64,000 bases of DNA from Geosiphon pyriformis uo1 (lineage: Eukaryota > Fungi > Glomeromycota), in the NCBI GenBank assembly GCA_016748015.1, contig JAAOMT010000627.1, positions 248,001 to 312,000 on the forward strand. The letters run 5' to 3'. The notes below the pieces were generated by a model. That model had not been told where the DNA came from. It did not search any database and saw only the letters and a program-made list of their open reading frames with translations. Shown here in pieces: positions 12,501 to 25,499 of the stretch. The position numbers and the translations under genes were made by a program. Within the stretch, counting starts at the first letter, position 1; each line of letters starts with the position of its first letter.

Positions 12501-15139
12501 CTGCACAAGCCAAAGTAAGAGGAGGAACTGCCGAAGAAATACGACATTGGAAAGAGTCAGCCGAAGTAGCCGATGAAGTTGCTAGCTACAACATGTTCGA
12601 CCCAGTGGACGAATTCCAGGACTACTACCAACAACTATGCCCCACTCGACAAGAGCAAGAACAATATCTCGCCCAAATCAACATTTACCTCTGCAAAAAC
12701 TGTCTCATCCCATGCCAAAATCAGTGCTGTGAAGAGTATCAAGATGAAAGGGACTTAGAAAGAAAAATGGAAATTGAGAATCAGCAGTCTCAAAATCAAT
12801 CAATAAATTAACAAGACTCACCTGACGGTCCCGAGTCAGAAAAATTTGTAGCCTATACTGACCTAGAACAGGTAACCAATATCCGATACTTCGACAACGG
12901 GCACTTAGGAATAATACCTGAAAGAGCCCATCCAACTGATGCCAGATTCGATTTACGTTATCAGAAAAACCAATCTACAACGTTACCACCCAGGAGCATC
13001 ACTAAAATCAACCTAAAAATAGTGGTTGAAATTCCGCCAGAAATAATGGTTCAAATGGCGTCGCGATCAAGCCTCGCGAAAAAAGGAATAAGCATTCAAG
13101 GAGGAGTAATTGACTCTGGATACACTGGAAATTTGATGGTTTTGCTACAGAACAATTCAGAAAAGCCTTATACCATTGAATCTAAGGAAAAGATTGCACA
13201 AGCAATTTTCCTACCATTGGTAAAAATTGAGAAATTCGTGCCAGTAGAAAATCGTGAGGAATTGTCACAAACAACGAGAGGAACTTTTGGTTTCGGATCA
13301 ACAGGAAAAGGAATTGAAGTAAATTTTGTTAAAACAATAGAGGAAAAAGGCGAAGTAATTAAAAATGAGTGGTCTATCACGCTCTTACCATATGGAAAAT
13401 CAGAAATAAGAATAAAAAGAACAATTAAAGAAAAAGATCTAATATTTGAGTCTTACCCAGAAACTTGCCAACAGTTTCTCATAGGACTTACTAACCTTTT
13501 TATTCCAGCTGATAAAGCTCAATGGATAAAAATTCCTATTGCAAACACCACAAAAGAACCCGTCTACATTCCGGAAGATACCATCATTAGATACCTCAGA
13601 ACGGAGCTAGAAAACGTGTCAACACCACAAGAAATTCTAAATTTCCAAGAAATCGCCCTCTATTGTGAACTCACTTCAATAAATTGACAACAACCATTAG
13701 AATGCTATCAATTTACGCCAAAAGAATTGGCCAAATTAAACATTGGAACAATGGATCCTGACCAACAGCGACAATTAAAAGCATTAATTTTAAAATACTC
13801 TGATATATTTTCAAGAAATGGCAAATTTGGAAGAACCAACTTGGTTCAACACCAAATCCCCACTGGAGACGCCAGACCTGAAAAACAATGCGCTTACCAT
13901 GTCCCACCAATGGAGCATAATTTTATCAGAGAAGAAGTCCAAAGCATGTTAGAAAAAGGAATAATACAACTATCAATGAGCCCATGGTCCTCACCAGTTG
14001 TTTTAGTAAGGAAAAAGAACGGAAAAATTAGATTTTGCGTTGACTATTGCAAACTAAACAGCAAAACAACCAAAGACTCATACCCAATACCATTAATTGA
14101 CAAAATCTTCGACGTTTTTGGAGGAGCAAAATGGTTTTCTACACTGGACTTGACCAGTAAGTACTGGCAAGTAGAAATAGACCCAAAGGACAGGCATAAA
14201 ACAGCATTCACAACACAAAATGACAATTATGAGTTCAATGTAATGTCATTTGGATTAACAAACACTCCTGTGACATTCCAAAGACTAATGGACGTAATTT
14301 ACTCCAGAATCTTGTGGCAATCCGTTGTTGTCTACTTGGATGATACAAATGTTTTCTCGTCAAAATTGACAGATCATCTCCAACATTTACAACAAGTTTT
14401 TGAGAGATTGAGACATGCTGAACTTAAACTAAATCTAGAAAAATGTTTCTTTGGAAAAAATGAGCTAGCATTTTTAGGACATGTAGTTGGAAAAGATGGA
14501 ATAAAACCAGATCCATCAAAAATAGACAAAGTGAAAAATTTTCCAGTACCTCGAAACGTTTTAGAAGTTAGAAGCTTTTTAGGACTTATATCTTACTACT
14601 GCCACTTTGTAGAAAACTTTTCAAACATCGCCAAACCCCTTAATTACCTATTATCTAATAATGTGAAGTTTGAATGGACTGAAGCACAACAAAAAGCTTT
14701 TGAGTACCTTAGATAAAAGCTCATTGAATCACCAATAATGATCTATCCAAATTTCAACAAGAAATTCAGTTTGGCCACAGATGCCTCTGGAACTGGACTT
14801 GAAGCCAGTCTGTCACAAAAAGATGATAATGGAAAAGAACGTGTAATTGCTTATGCCAGCAGAAGTCTCAGTACAGCAGAACAAAACTACACAGCACATG
14901 AACTTAAATGCTTAGCAGTAGTCTGGAGTTGTGTTCACTTTGACACATATTTACGGTACCAACCCTTTGAGATTACGACAGATCATAGAGGTCTGGTCTG
15001 GTTAAATAACAAGAAAGCGCTAAAAGGAAAATACGCCAGATGGTCACAAACATTAGTACCATACGATTATATTATCAAATACAAAGAAGGTACCAAAAAT
15101 GCTAATGCCAACTGTTTGTCAAGAATGAGACACACATAA
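9559..15139 (+). pseudogene. Gypsy A gag-PR-CysRich-dUTPase-RT-RNaseH polyprotein (interrupted)
   Basis: GTG start; capsid IKQNTGETVTQYLARF; CHFCKHVGHLISQC; LILDSGSAGS; GVIDSGYTG..RGTFGFGSTG; YLDD; TDASG; ends CLSRMRHT*. Confidence 0.9.
12910..13305 (+). pseudogene. dut: dUTPase domain of Gypsy A
   Basis: PERAHPTDARFDL, SRSSLA, GVIDSGYTG, EKIAQ, RGTFGFGSTG (motifs I-V). Confidence 0.92.
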
Positions 15140-15200
15140 AAATCACCAACCCACCTGCCACAACAACAATGAACAACAAANNNNNNNNNNNNNNNNNNNN

Positions 15201-17336
15201 AATATAATTAGCTACAAAATTGGAGATAAAGTATTGTTGCATCGTACAAAAATGGAAAAACAGTGGAGTGGAAAATTTGATCACAAGTGGGATGGACCAT
15301 TTTATATTCACAAAATACTTGGAAATGGAGCATACAAGCTAAGACTAGATGATAAAATATTAAGAAAAGCAGCACATGATAACCGGCTGAAATTCTATTA
15401 CAGTAAACCAGTAATAACAACAAAAACACCCAGAATTGGAACACAATTATCTTTAATTCTACCAGAACAAATTCCATGAGATTTAGAACCAATAGTTTTA
15501 ATTGAACATTATTCGAAAAGATAATTAATCTTAGATCACAGCAAAAATGATTTAACAACCATAAAAACACATGCAAAAGATTCCAAAATAACAGTCAAAA
15601 TTAAAACAATGATACTTATTCCAGAAAACATCAACAATATAANNNNNNNNNNNNNNNNNNNNAACAAAATCCAGATAATCCATTAAGAGTTATAACCACG
15701 GATGAAAAAGAAACTATCTTATTTAACATGCACTCAGATATTTATTCAGGCCACTTTGAAAAAACAGCAACCATCTAACATGCAACTAGCTGTTACTATT
15801 GGCCAAAAATGAGTTCAGACATAATCTAATACATAAGAAATTGTGACCCATGCCAATGAAGAGGAGGAGCAAAAACAACGGAATTATTAAGACCAATAAA
15901 AGTTGGACAGCCATTTGACAGAATCGGAATTGATTTAGTTGGACCCTTACCAATAACAACAAGAAACAATCATTATATTGCAGTAGCCATGGACTATCTC
16001 ACCAAATGGCCAGAAGCTAGAGCTATTAAAACAGCTGATGCTATTTCCATAGCTCAATTCGTACATGAAGACTTAATTTGCTGACATGGATGTCCACAAG
16101 AATTACTATCAGATCAAGACACACACTTCGTAAACAGCACCTTAAAAGAACTTAGCCAAAAATTTGGAATCAAGCAACCACTGTCATCACCATACCACCC
16201 TCAAACAAATAGATTAGTTGAAAGATTTAATTGCACATTATGCGAATCACTGGCGAAAATTAGTAACGAACATAAAAAAAAATGGGATTTGTTCATACCA
16301 ATAATACTACTAGCATATAGAACAGTAAAACAAGATACTACACAATTCACACCATTTGAACTAGTTTATGGAAGAAAAGCCACATTACCAGTTGAACTTA
16401 CTATCCCAACTTATCCAAGTGACACTATCACGGAAGCAACATTCCAGGAAACACTACTTAGAAGAACATACAAATTAATGGGAACTTTAGAAAACAAAAG
16501 AAGAAAAGCAGCACAAAATATTGAACAATCACAAGAACAACAAAAAGTGAGACATGATAACCAGTTACCAGATAATATAATTAGCTACAAAATTGGAGAT
16601 AAAGTATTGTTGCATCGTACAAAAATGGAAAAACAGTGGAGTGGAAAATTTGATCACAAGTGGGATGGACCATTTTATATTCACAAAATACTTGGAAATG
16701 GAGCATACAAGCTAAGACNNNNNNNNNNNNNNNNNNNNGACAGATCATAGAGGTCTGGTCTGGTTAAATAACAAGAAAGCGCTAAAAGGAAAATACGCCA
16801 GATGGTCACAAACATTAGTACCATACGATTATATTATCAAATACAAAGAAGGTACCAAAAATGCTAATGCCAACTGTTTGTCAAGAATGAGACACACATA
16901 AAAATCACCAACCCACCTGCCACAACAACAATGAACAACCACCTTTACAAAAACCTTAGCCAATACTTGGAAACACTATAAATAGATGAAAAAATGCCAG
17001 TAAAAGAGCTAATTAAGCTCCAAAAATTAGCAAAACACTATTTCATCCAAAATCACATACTTTATTACCGGAATCAACAAAATCCAGATAATCCATTAAG
17101 AGTTATAACCACGGATGAAAAAGAAACTATCTTATTTAACATGCACTCAGATATTTATTCAGGCCACTTTGAAAAAACAGCAACCATCTAACATGCAACT
17201 AGCTGTTACTATTGGCCAAAAATGAGTTCAGACATAATCTAATACATAAGAAATTGTGACCCATGCCAATGAAGAGGAGGAGCAAAAACAACGGAATTAT
17301 TAAGACCAATAAAAGTTGGACAGCCATTTGACAGAA
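15201..17336 (+). pseudogene. Gypsy A integrase, scrambled between four 20-N scaffold gaps (true start ATG at 16931)
   Basis: HSDIYSGH..CDPC, GIDLVGPL, WDGPFYI; pieces overlap identically across gaps at 15181-15200, 15643-15662, 16719-16738 and 17337-17356. Confidence 0.88.
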
Positions 17337-17381
17337 NNNNNNNNNNNNNNNNNNNNCAAAATAACAGTCAAAATTAAAACA

Positions 17382-17930
17382 ATGATACTTATTCCAGAAA
17401 ACATCAACAATATAACTCAACAATTAGTTGAAAGCTTACAATAATTAAAATCTGATCTAGAAATCACAGTTAATAGCTTCAAAATAACATACATAAAAAG
17501 AACAATAGAAAATCCAAAAACAAGAAAAAAACATAATTTCAAATCATATAATATTGCCAAATATAACAACAAATTTATTAGCAAAGTTATTGAAAAATTA
17601 GAGATAGCATTGGGCAATACATTATACTCAAAAGACTCAACTAGAGTGTTTGACAAAACAACTATCCAACTATTAGAACCTTTCATTGGAAAAACCAACA
17701 CTACATTCCATTCAAAAACAGTTTACAGAATTTTCAAAGCATTTGAAAACTGTCACAAATTATTGTTGGACCCAACCATGAACATAATAACAACTAACAG
17801 TATTGGATGACTTACCAACTCGCAATTTCAAGAATTACAACAACAAATTAATAACACAGTATTGAACCACTATAGTAACTTAGAATTTATTGAAGAAATT
17901 AACTTCGATTTCAACAGAGCTCAATCTTGA
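17382..17930 (+). pseudogene. Gypsy A ORF3 (unknown function), with stops and an internal deletion
   Basis: MILIPENINNITQQL..LEITVN..LGNTLY..KTVYRIFKAFENC.. aligns with ORF3 of B, C and D. Confidence 0.75.
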
Positions 17931-17943
17931 AAGGAGGGGATAG
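17929..17943 (+). promoter_or_regulatory. Polypurine tract of Gypsy A
   Basis: GAAAGGAGGGGATAG immediately before the 3' LTR. Confidence 0.85.
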
Positions 17944-18810
17944 TGTTACGATTTAAGAATTTAGCAAAAAGAATCATAAAAATAATACAAACTATTCAAT
18001 CATAATATAGCACAGTAATAATCTTAGAAAGATAATGATTAACATAGTAGCAAACACCATCTCGCGATAATGACAAGCACCAGTTCACAATAGCAGCCAA
18101 CACCAACTGGTGATAGCAGCAAACACCAGGTTGAAATATCAAAAAGAAAGTATTTTCTCGTAGAACTACAAACATGTATATATATAGTAGTTTTAATATT
18201 GAGAAATAATCAATCAAGTAATAAAAATCATAACTTATCAAGCAACAGATCCAATTTTATCCAACAAACTCCACTTTAAATCATACTTTCAAATTAAATA
18301 TCCCAAGAAACCTTTAAAAATCAAAAAGAAATGAAAAAAATATTTAAAACGGAACTATCACAACCCAAAGTATTAAGAAACTTACTTGTATTATTTATTG
18401 AATGAAACTATCATTTATCAACTGAATCCCTTGGAAGAATAATCCTTGATCAAGATTATTCACGTTGTTACTAATTGATAAAAGTTTTATTGTGAGAATT
18501 AGAAAAGTGCTAAAGACCATTAACATTCTGTGTTTCTAGATTAGAGAAACACATCAGGCAATTGCAAGGATAGCCTCAGAGAAGACTCCAGACAGTGGGT
18601 AGATTTCAGTTCAGCCTCTGAGAAGGAGTACATAAATACATACAACAATCAAGAATTAAAGAATAACTTACATTGCAACAGTAAAAAAAAAAGCCTTCAG
18701 TGTAACAGTGACATTATCACACAAATAGAATTGAGGAACTCACGAAAGACTGATTGCAATTAAAGCGGAATATCAGCAATTAAATATAACAAGAAAACCA
18801 TCCTGTAACA
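17944..18810 (+). repeat. Gypsy A 3' LTR (867 bp)
   Basis: TGTTAC..GTAACA; direct repeat of the 5' LTR. Confidence 0.95.
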
Positions 18811-20062
18811 TCGGCAAAATGTACGCCAACTAACAATAGAACCATTTTTGTCCAGAAGTTGGTCATCATATGCCACACCAGCAATTTTCAAGGAGCGAAC
18901 CACATTGAAATACAAAGGATCACCCAATACCAATAACATTGGGAAATGGCCAGAAGAGCGAAAGGCACAGGGAATTCTGTTATCCAAAGACAGCTTGTTG
19001 TCAAGAAATATACGAACCACACCTGCTAGAAAATTGTTTGAAGTGTTCACTCTTAGCTTAACAAGATATTGCAGAGGATTCAACGGAGCCCAGCACAAAA
19101 CCTGCAAATCCAAAATTCGATGTTCGAACAGTCAGCCAAGAATTCCAAAAGAATTCACAAACTGCACAACAGAAGCCATCTTGCATTCAGCTTGCAACTG
19201 TTCAAAAGATTTCAGCCCATAAAGAGAAGGGTGGTGCAATACCTCATTGGAAAAGTCTCTTGGCAAATTGGCTTTCGACCTAAGACCTCTTCTAATCAGA
19301 ATGTCCCATTTTAGACAAACAGCTTTGGAAACAAAACTAAACTGCATTCGATAACTGACTATGGACTGCAAAACAGCTGAAACCAGATAAGAGAATTGTT
19401 TATCAGAGACAGCCTTCCAGAGAACCATATTTGAGAAGAACCTAATATTTGAATTGGCTTTGGTAAGACTCAGCTTAGACAAACCATCAGTGGACAAGAA
19501 AATACCCAAATATCGATGACTTACACCAGGATTGGCAACAGCGATAGCCTGGCCATTAATGGATAAAACAGGAACCTCCACTCTTTTGTTGATAGGAATG
19601 GCAACCGTCTTCTCATTGTTTATGTTAATGTCATTGATGAGGAAAAACTCATTGGCCACATTAAGAATGTGCTGTGTAGAGGCTTGTCCATTATTCACCC
19701 AAATAGTGTCATTGACAAAGACACCAGCCATGAAAAAAGAGGTCATACCCCCACTAGTCTCAATTCTTCCAGTCTTCGACACAAAATTTGAATTGATCTG
19801 ATAACCACACAAATGATCTTGTTTCGCAACTTCACATAACAAAGGGTCATAAAAAATTTTCCATAGAAGAGGTGAGAAAACTTCACCCTGATCCAAACCA
19901 TCAAGAACTTTGTATCCATCAGAAAGGCCAAAATTTGTCATGACTCTGTTGAAGTGACTGTTGTGAATGTTGCCAAAAAACTTGATAAACTTGCTGCACA
20001 TTTTGATATGGTGTAAACTAGTTTCTAAATAAGACCAACTGACAGAGTCATATGCTTTGTGC

Positions 20063-20930
20063 TGTTACGGTTTAAGAATTTAGCAAAAAGAATCATAAAA
20101 ATAATACAAACTATTCAATCATAATATAGCACAGTAATAATCTTAGAAAGGTAATGATTAACATAGTAGCAAACACTATCTCGCAATAGTGGCAAGCACC
20201 AGTTCACAATAGCAGCCAACACCAACTGGTGATAGCAGCAAGCACCAGGTTGAAATATCAAAAAGAAAGTATTTTCTTGTAGAACTACAAACATGTATAT
20301 ATACAGTAGTTTTAATATTGGGAAAGGATCAATCAAGTAATAAAAATCATAACTTATCAAGCAATAGATCCAATTTTATCCAACAAACTCTACTTTAAAT
20401 CATACTTTCAAATTAAATATCCCAAGAAACCTTTAAAATCAAAAAGAAATGAAAAAGAATATTTAAAACTGAACTATCACAACCCAAAGTATTAAGAAAC
20501 TTACTTGTATTATTTATTGAATGAAACTATCATTCATCAACTGAATCCCTTGGAAGAATAATCCTTGATCAAGATTATTTATGTTGTTACTAATTGATAA
20601 AAGCTTTATTGTGAGAATTAGAAAAGCGCTAAAGAGACCATTAACATTCTGTGTTTCTAGATTAGAGAAACACATCAGGCAATTGCAAGGATAGCTTCAG
20701 AGAAGACCCCAGACAGTGGGTAGATTTCAGTTCAGCCTCTGAGAAGGAGTACATAAACACACACAACAATCAAGAATTAAAGAATAACTTACATCACAAC
20801 AGTAAAAAGAAAGCCTTCAGTGTAACAGTGACATTATCACACAAATAGAATTGAGGAACTCACGAAAGACTGATTGCAATTAAAGCGGGATATCAGCAAT
20901 TAAATATAACAAGAAAACCATCCCATAACA
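20063..20930 (+). mobile_element. Solo LTR of the Gypsy A family in the LINE-2 RT domain
   Basis: TGTTACGG..ATAACA with TSD GTGC (20059-20062, 20931-20934); no PBS or PPT; splits QDMH|KAYDSV. Confidence 0.95.
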
Positions 20931-22891
20931 GTGCATGTCTTGAAGAACTAGCCAAAGTTTGTGGCCTTTTTCCAAAGCATCCTTCACAATTGAACCCACA
21001 GCTGAAATTGGTAACTGAGTGAAAGTGCCTTTAAGGACAGAAAAGTTGTTATTACAGAGGACATCAAACCTACTACAAGCAAGAAAGATTCTGTCTGAGA
21101 AAACTTTTGACAGAATCTTCCTTGTCATCTCAATCAATGCAATAAGACGTGTATTCGACAAGACACTATCCCAATCATAAGACTTAGGAATCATGGACAT
21201 CCAGGCTTCTTTCCAATGGACTAGAACATTACCAAAACACAAACAAGAGTTCAGCAAAGACAACAAACACTCCAAAACCAAGCAGCCAGTGTGTTTTCAA
21301 AGTTCATTGGTGATACCAGACAAACCAGCAGCTTTGCCATCAGGAAGATTGCTTATAACCAAAGACATCTCACACATGGTAATATCACACATAACCAGAC
21401 TGAAGACACTATTATTAACATAAGCCAAAGAGATATATTGTTGTGCCCAGGGACCAGACAAGACAGGAAGAGCATTCCACTTCCTGGTCCAATTTACCAT
21501 GATGTCATCAACTTTGAGCTTCACTTCTTTAGGTTCCAAAATAAGAAAATCACCAACAACTAAATGGTCCAGAACGACTTTGCGAAAGGGCCACTCCAAG
21601 ATGCTCCAAATCATCCCACTTTTGTCTGTCTCAAACTTTTCCATACACTTATCAATTGCATCTCTAATAGCAGATCTTTTGGCCACCTCAGATTCACAAT
21701 ATTTGGACTTTCTATATTGTTTTCTAACTTTTAAAAGATGACTTATCAAGCCAGCAGAACCCACACCATTCCCGACCATACCAAAAACTTTGGAAGCTTC
21801 GGAAGGGTCAACCTTGAACCAAGTGTCAGCCAGACGATCAAAGCCCAAAGTATCATCCCGTCTCAGCATTTTTAATAACTTGACAACCAAAAGCTCCAAC
21901 CTGGAAAATTTAGAAGAGAGTCTATTCTTAGCACAATCAAATTCACTATACCAATGTCTTGAAAAAATTTTTTCAGCAGAAGCAGTCATGGCATCAGCTA
22001 GCATCCCCCACATTCCATCTAAGTTGCCACCATCTTCAGCCATCTTGAACCTATCCAGAGAACCCAAAAGCACACACTCAGAAAGATCCTTAAAATACGC
22101 CCATTTTTTCTCATTAGTATCCTTAATCTTAAACTTCCAGCAATCCTTATTAGCATGTTTGCGGATGCTATTCAAACGAGCATCCAGAAAACCACCCAAT
22201 CCAATAGACATCAACACAGTTAAGTAATCCATGTCAAAAAATTCTGAGACAGAACTAACATCACGATCCACAACCGCTGAGATCAAAGAGTCACTAACTA
22301 GAATGTAATCCAAAACCTTGCTAACACCTCTTGAGTTGTTCCAAGTCAGAATCCTAGCTAGAAAGTGACCACCAAAAACATTAACTAAACCCAAACCTAA
22401 ACATTTCCTAAGACTTGCCCCCTTGACTGAATTGTTTTCATTGAAGTCCTCACTCAAAACAACAAAAGAACTCTTGTTGACAGTATCAGCAATGAATGAA
22501 TTAATAACAGAAGCCTGAACAAAATAGTCACCACCAGATACACAGACATAAAGCCCAATGACAGACACAGAAAGCTTGTTCTTGAACAAAAGGCGAATTG
22601 AAAGAACCCTGCCCTTCACCTCCTCGACTTTGGAAACATGATGAACCAGAAAATCATTTACAAAAATAGCCACACCAGCCCCACAAAACCCAACATCCAG
22701 ACCAGATGTGAAAACCCAAACACCCTCAAATTTTTTCATAATTCATGGTTGTGAACTGGAACACAACTTGGTTTCCATAACAATTGAGATCAAACTACTA
22801 GATTTCTTATGCCAGCAAAAAATGTCCTCTTGCTTTGCAGAATTGTTCATTCCCCTAACATTACATGTAGCAATTTTCTAAATAAAACTGG

Positions 22892-24754
22892 TCATTGTGA
22901 TGAAGAGATAACCGAAGAACCCAAGCCAGCACATAACTGATTCAACTTAGCCAAAATCGAACCAACAGAGATGTCAAGGGCAACCAGCTTCGATTCCAGA
23001 CCACCAACCTTAGAAGTCAGGACTTTAGAACTGCTCAGACCCAATAGTGAACTGGTAACACCTGGAGAGAAAGAAGTAGGCTGAACAAAAGAATCATCAA
23101 CTGCCATGTCAAAATCCAAGTTGGGGTTTGCAACCACAAGAGGAACAGAGGTTGGGGACTGAGAAACTATCACAGAAGGAGCCAATTGAGAGGAAGGCGC
23201 CAAGGGTGCCGAACTAATATTGTCAAGACAAGAAAGAATGTTCAAAATTTGTTTAAACAGAAGCTCTACAGAGCATTCTAGAAGCACTAAGCGAGTACTC
23301 ATAGAAAAATTGACCACAGGTAAAGGAGGGAGCACCCCACCTGAACTCAAATCACCAGAAAGTGGAGAACCGGAACCAGAACCAGCATGAAAACCATGAG
23401 AGACTGAAGCAACTGAGACCACTTGAGCCCAAAATTTGTCACCAAAGGCAACAGGACGAGAGATCAGCACATTTTTCTTTACATACAATTTGGCCAGCTG
23501 GAGACGAGTATCAGGGTTGGTAGGCCTTATAAAAAACTTTGAAGATTTGAAAACTGACACAACCTCAGCATTACATTCCAAGGCAGAATGACTAAACTTC
23601 CCACACCGTTCACAGCGAACCAAATTCAGTCTAGCCCATGAGAGTTTCACACCACCAAGGATCAGTTCCGTGCAAAAAGCTGACTCCAAAATCTCATCAG
23701 AATCAAAACACACAACAGCACAGCAGACCCTATTACCAGTTTCCAATGACCAATTTATGACACAAGTTTTTCCACCAGCCCCTTCAAGAAAATCCCCAAG
23801 ATCATAAGCAGTAGTTCTTACTGGTAAAGTAAACAAAAGTGCTCTGAACTGGTCCCTAGACACCCAAGTTTCACAATTGCCCACTGCCATAGTCACATGA
23901 ACCGAGTCTTTACCAATCAGGAAGGACCACCTAGCAGCCAAAGACACAGCCTGTTCCAATTCAGCAAATTTCACCACAGCCTTTTGCCATAAACCAATCA
24001 ACTGGATTTTGATCGACTTAATTTTTCCAAACTTGAATACTGTGGTGACGATCATTTCCTTTGGCATATCCATGGGAATTTCCTTGATTACTATGGCCTG
24101 ATCTGAGCATATTCCTTGTCTCTTAAGATTACTGTTTACTATGATATTATTTTCCCTGGCCAATGACATGGCCTTTTCCATGCTCTCAGGCAAAGTAAAC
24201 ATTGATCGAATAATCTTTTCAAATTTTAAGGGGGTAGTGGCCCCCCCAAAACCATTGATACTTGAAAATAATTTCCTTATGACCTGAGTTTTAGCCATTG
24301 CCAATTTCTCTTCTACAGCCGAAAGATTGATGTCCAAAGTGAAAGATTTCTTCACAGCTACTTCCACCTGAGTTTTAACAATTTTGGGGTCCACCCACAC
24401 CTTTTCCAAAGAGAAAAACAAACGAGGAGGAAGAGAAACTTCCTCTTCATCATCCATGTCATAATTAATAGAGCTGAGAAGGGAACTGATAGCTGCACCA
24501 GTATTGAAATGCTTCGCATTAGGTGTATTCATTTGGGAGTTAGAAGTGGCTTTACCATCAGAGGCCTCTCCATCTGTATCCATGCTAGTAAGTTGTCTGT
24601 CTACACTAACAGGCCCACCATCTTTGAGATTTTTATCCGCACTTGAAAGTTTGACACCACTGAGAGGCTTTTTGACTTTTTGAGTCAAACCACCACCAAC
24701 TGAACCAATGGTCAAGACTCTGGCAGACCTTTTCTTAGTACTAAGACCACTCAT
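22892..24754 (-). CDS. LINE-2 ORF1 (nucleic-acid chaperone with CCHC knuckle), uninterrupted; open frame extends to 24841
   Basis: 649-codon open frame; CERCGKFSHSALEC knuckle; first ATG (MSGLSTKK) at 24754; located upstream of the APE domain. Confidence 0.85.
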   Translation of the reverse strand: MSGLSTKKRSARVLTIGSVGGGLTQKVKKPLSGVKLSSADKNLKDGGPVSVDRQLTSMDTDGEASDGKATSNSQMNTPNAKHFNTGAAISSLLSSINYDMDDEEEVSLPPRLFFSLEKVWVDPKIVKTQVEVAVKKSFTLDINLSAVEEKLAMAKTQVIRKLFSSINGFGGATTPLKFEKIIRSMFTLPESMEKAMSLARENNIIVNSNLKRQGICSDQAIVIKEIPMDMPKEMIVTTVFKFGKIKSIKIQLIGLWQKAVVKFAELEQAVSLAARWSFLIGKDSVHVTMAVGNCETWVSRDQFRALLFTLPVRTTAYDLGDFLEGAGGKTCVINWSLETGNRVCCAVVCFDSDEILESAFCTELILGGVKLSWARLNLVRCERCGKFSHSALECNAEVVSVFKSSKFFIRPTNPDTRLQLAKLYVKKNVLISRPVAFGDKFWAQVVSVASVSHGFHAGSGSGSPLSGDLSSGGVLPPLPVVNFSMSTRLVLLECSVELLFKQILNILSCLDNISSAPLAPSSQLAPSVIVSQSPTSVPLVVANPNLDFDMAVDDSFVQPTSFSPGVTSSLLGLSSSKVLTSKVGGLESKLVALDISVGSILAKLNQLCAGLGSSVISSSQ

Positions 24755-24914
24755 AGTGGCAGCTGGTCCAACAACAAAAGGGTTTGATTCTTGTGAAATA
24801 GTGGAAGACAGTATGCAAAAAACAGAAAAAACTTTTTTCAAAAATATGATTCTTTTTCAGAAATTTGGGATGAAGGAGAGAAAGAAGTTTTTACTGTGAT
24901 ATCCCAGTTTTAAT

Positions 24915-25480
24915 AAAATTAAACTGTTTAAATATTGGTTTTAGTTTCTTTTGTTTTTTCTTTAATAACTAATTTTTTAAAAAAAATTATATATATAATA
25001 TTAAAAAATGTTTTTATAAAACAAAATAATATTGTAAATTAACACAAAATAATAAATAATTTAATTTTAATTATTATTAAAACAAAGTTTAAAAATAATG
25101 TTAATTCTTAAATTAAAAACAAATTTAATAAATTTATGTATTTATATTAGAATTGAATTTAGGTTTTTAAATTTTTAAGATTATAATTATTATAAATAAT
25201 AGTTTGATTAAATATGTTTTAAAAATTTTAAAAATTTTTAATTAACTTTTTTCAGTTTATTTGTTATTTAAAAACAATTTTTAATTATAATTGTTGGTTA
25301 TATATTAAAACATTTTATATTGTAAAATTAAATTAAACTTTAAACATTAATTTTTCATTATTATAATAATTAAAATAATATATTTATTGTTTTAAAAAAT
25401 AATTTAATAAAAATAACATTAAAAACAATACTAGTTTTAAATAATGCTTTAATTTTAAGTTGTTTAACTCTTTTATTAAC
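24915..25480 (+). pseudogene. Continuation of the fossil LINE (ORF1 end and APE start) on the far side of the LINE-2 TSD
   Basis: KQNNIVN*HKIINNLILIIIKTKF corresponds to KQEDIFCWHK..LISIVMETKL of LINE-2. The end coordinate is approximate. Confidence 0.65.
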
Positions 25481-25499
25481 ATTTTTATAATAAAAATTC

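Larger units (their letters stand above)
8609..18810 (+). mobile_element. Gypsy A: Ty3/Gypsy LTR retrotransposon inserted antisense into LINE-2 ORF2
   Basis: TG..CA termini; 4-bp TSD TCGG (8605-8608, 18811-18814); removal restores LINE TFCRWKKLG; PBS, PPT and PR-RT-RH-IN order. Confidence 0.95.
7132..22895 (-). pseudogene. LINE-2 ORF2 (APE endonuclease-RT-RNase H-CCHC), split by two LTR insertions
   Basis: MTSFI*KIATCNVRGMN..ETK..EDFNE..LDYILVS (APE); LQDMH|KAYDSV, GLDQGEVFSPLLW, FVNDT, YLGIFL (RT); YIDGSL, KVKGHAGIAGNVLAD (RNase H); CLFCGNVELPDHGFTC. Confidence 0.92.
7001..24903 (-). mobile_element. LINE-2: full-length non-LTR retrotransposon (~6.8 kb after removing Gypsy A and the solo LTR)
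   Basis: TSD CCAGTTTTAAT at 6990-7000 and 24904-24914; poly(T) from about 7000; 5' UTR similar to that of LINE-3; ORF1 plus ORF2 (APE, RT, RNase H, CCHC). Confidence 0.93.

Noticed and set aside
15201-17416. Duplicated integrase or RNase H segments as a real tandem duplication
   Set aside because: The copies appear base-identical and abut fixed-length N gaps, unlike every real repeat here, which carries transitions.
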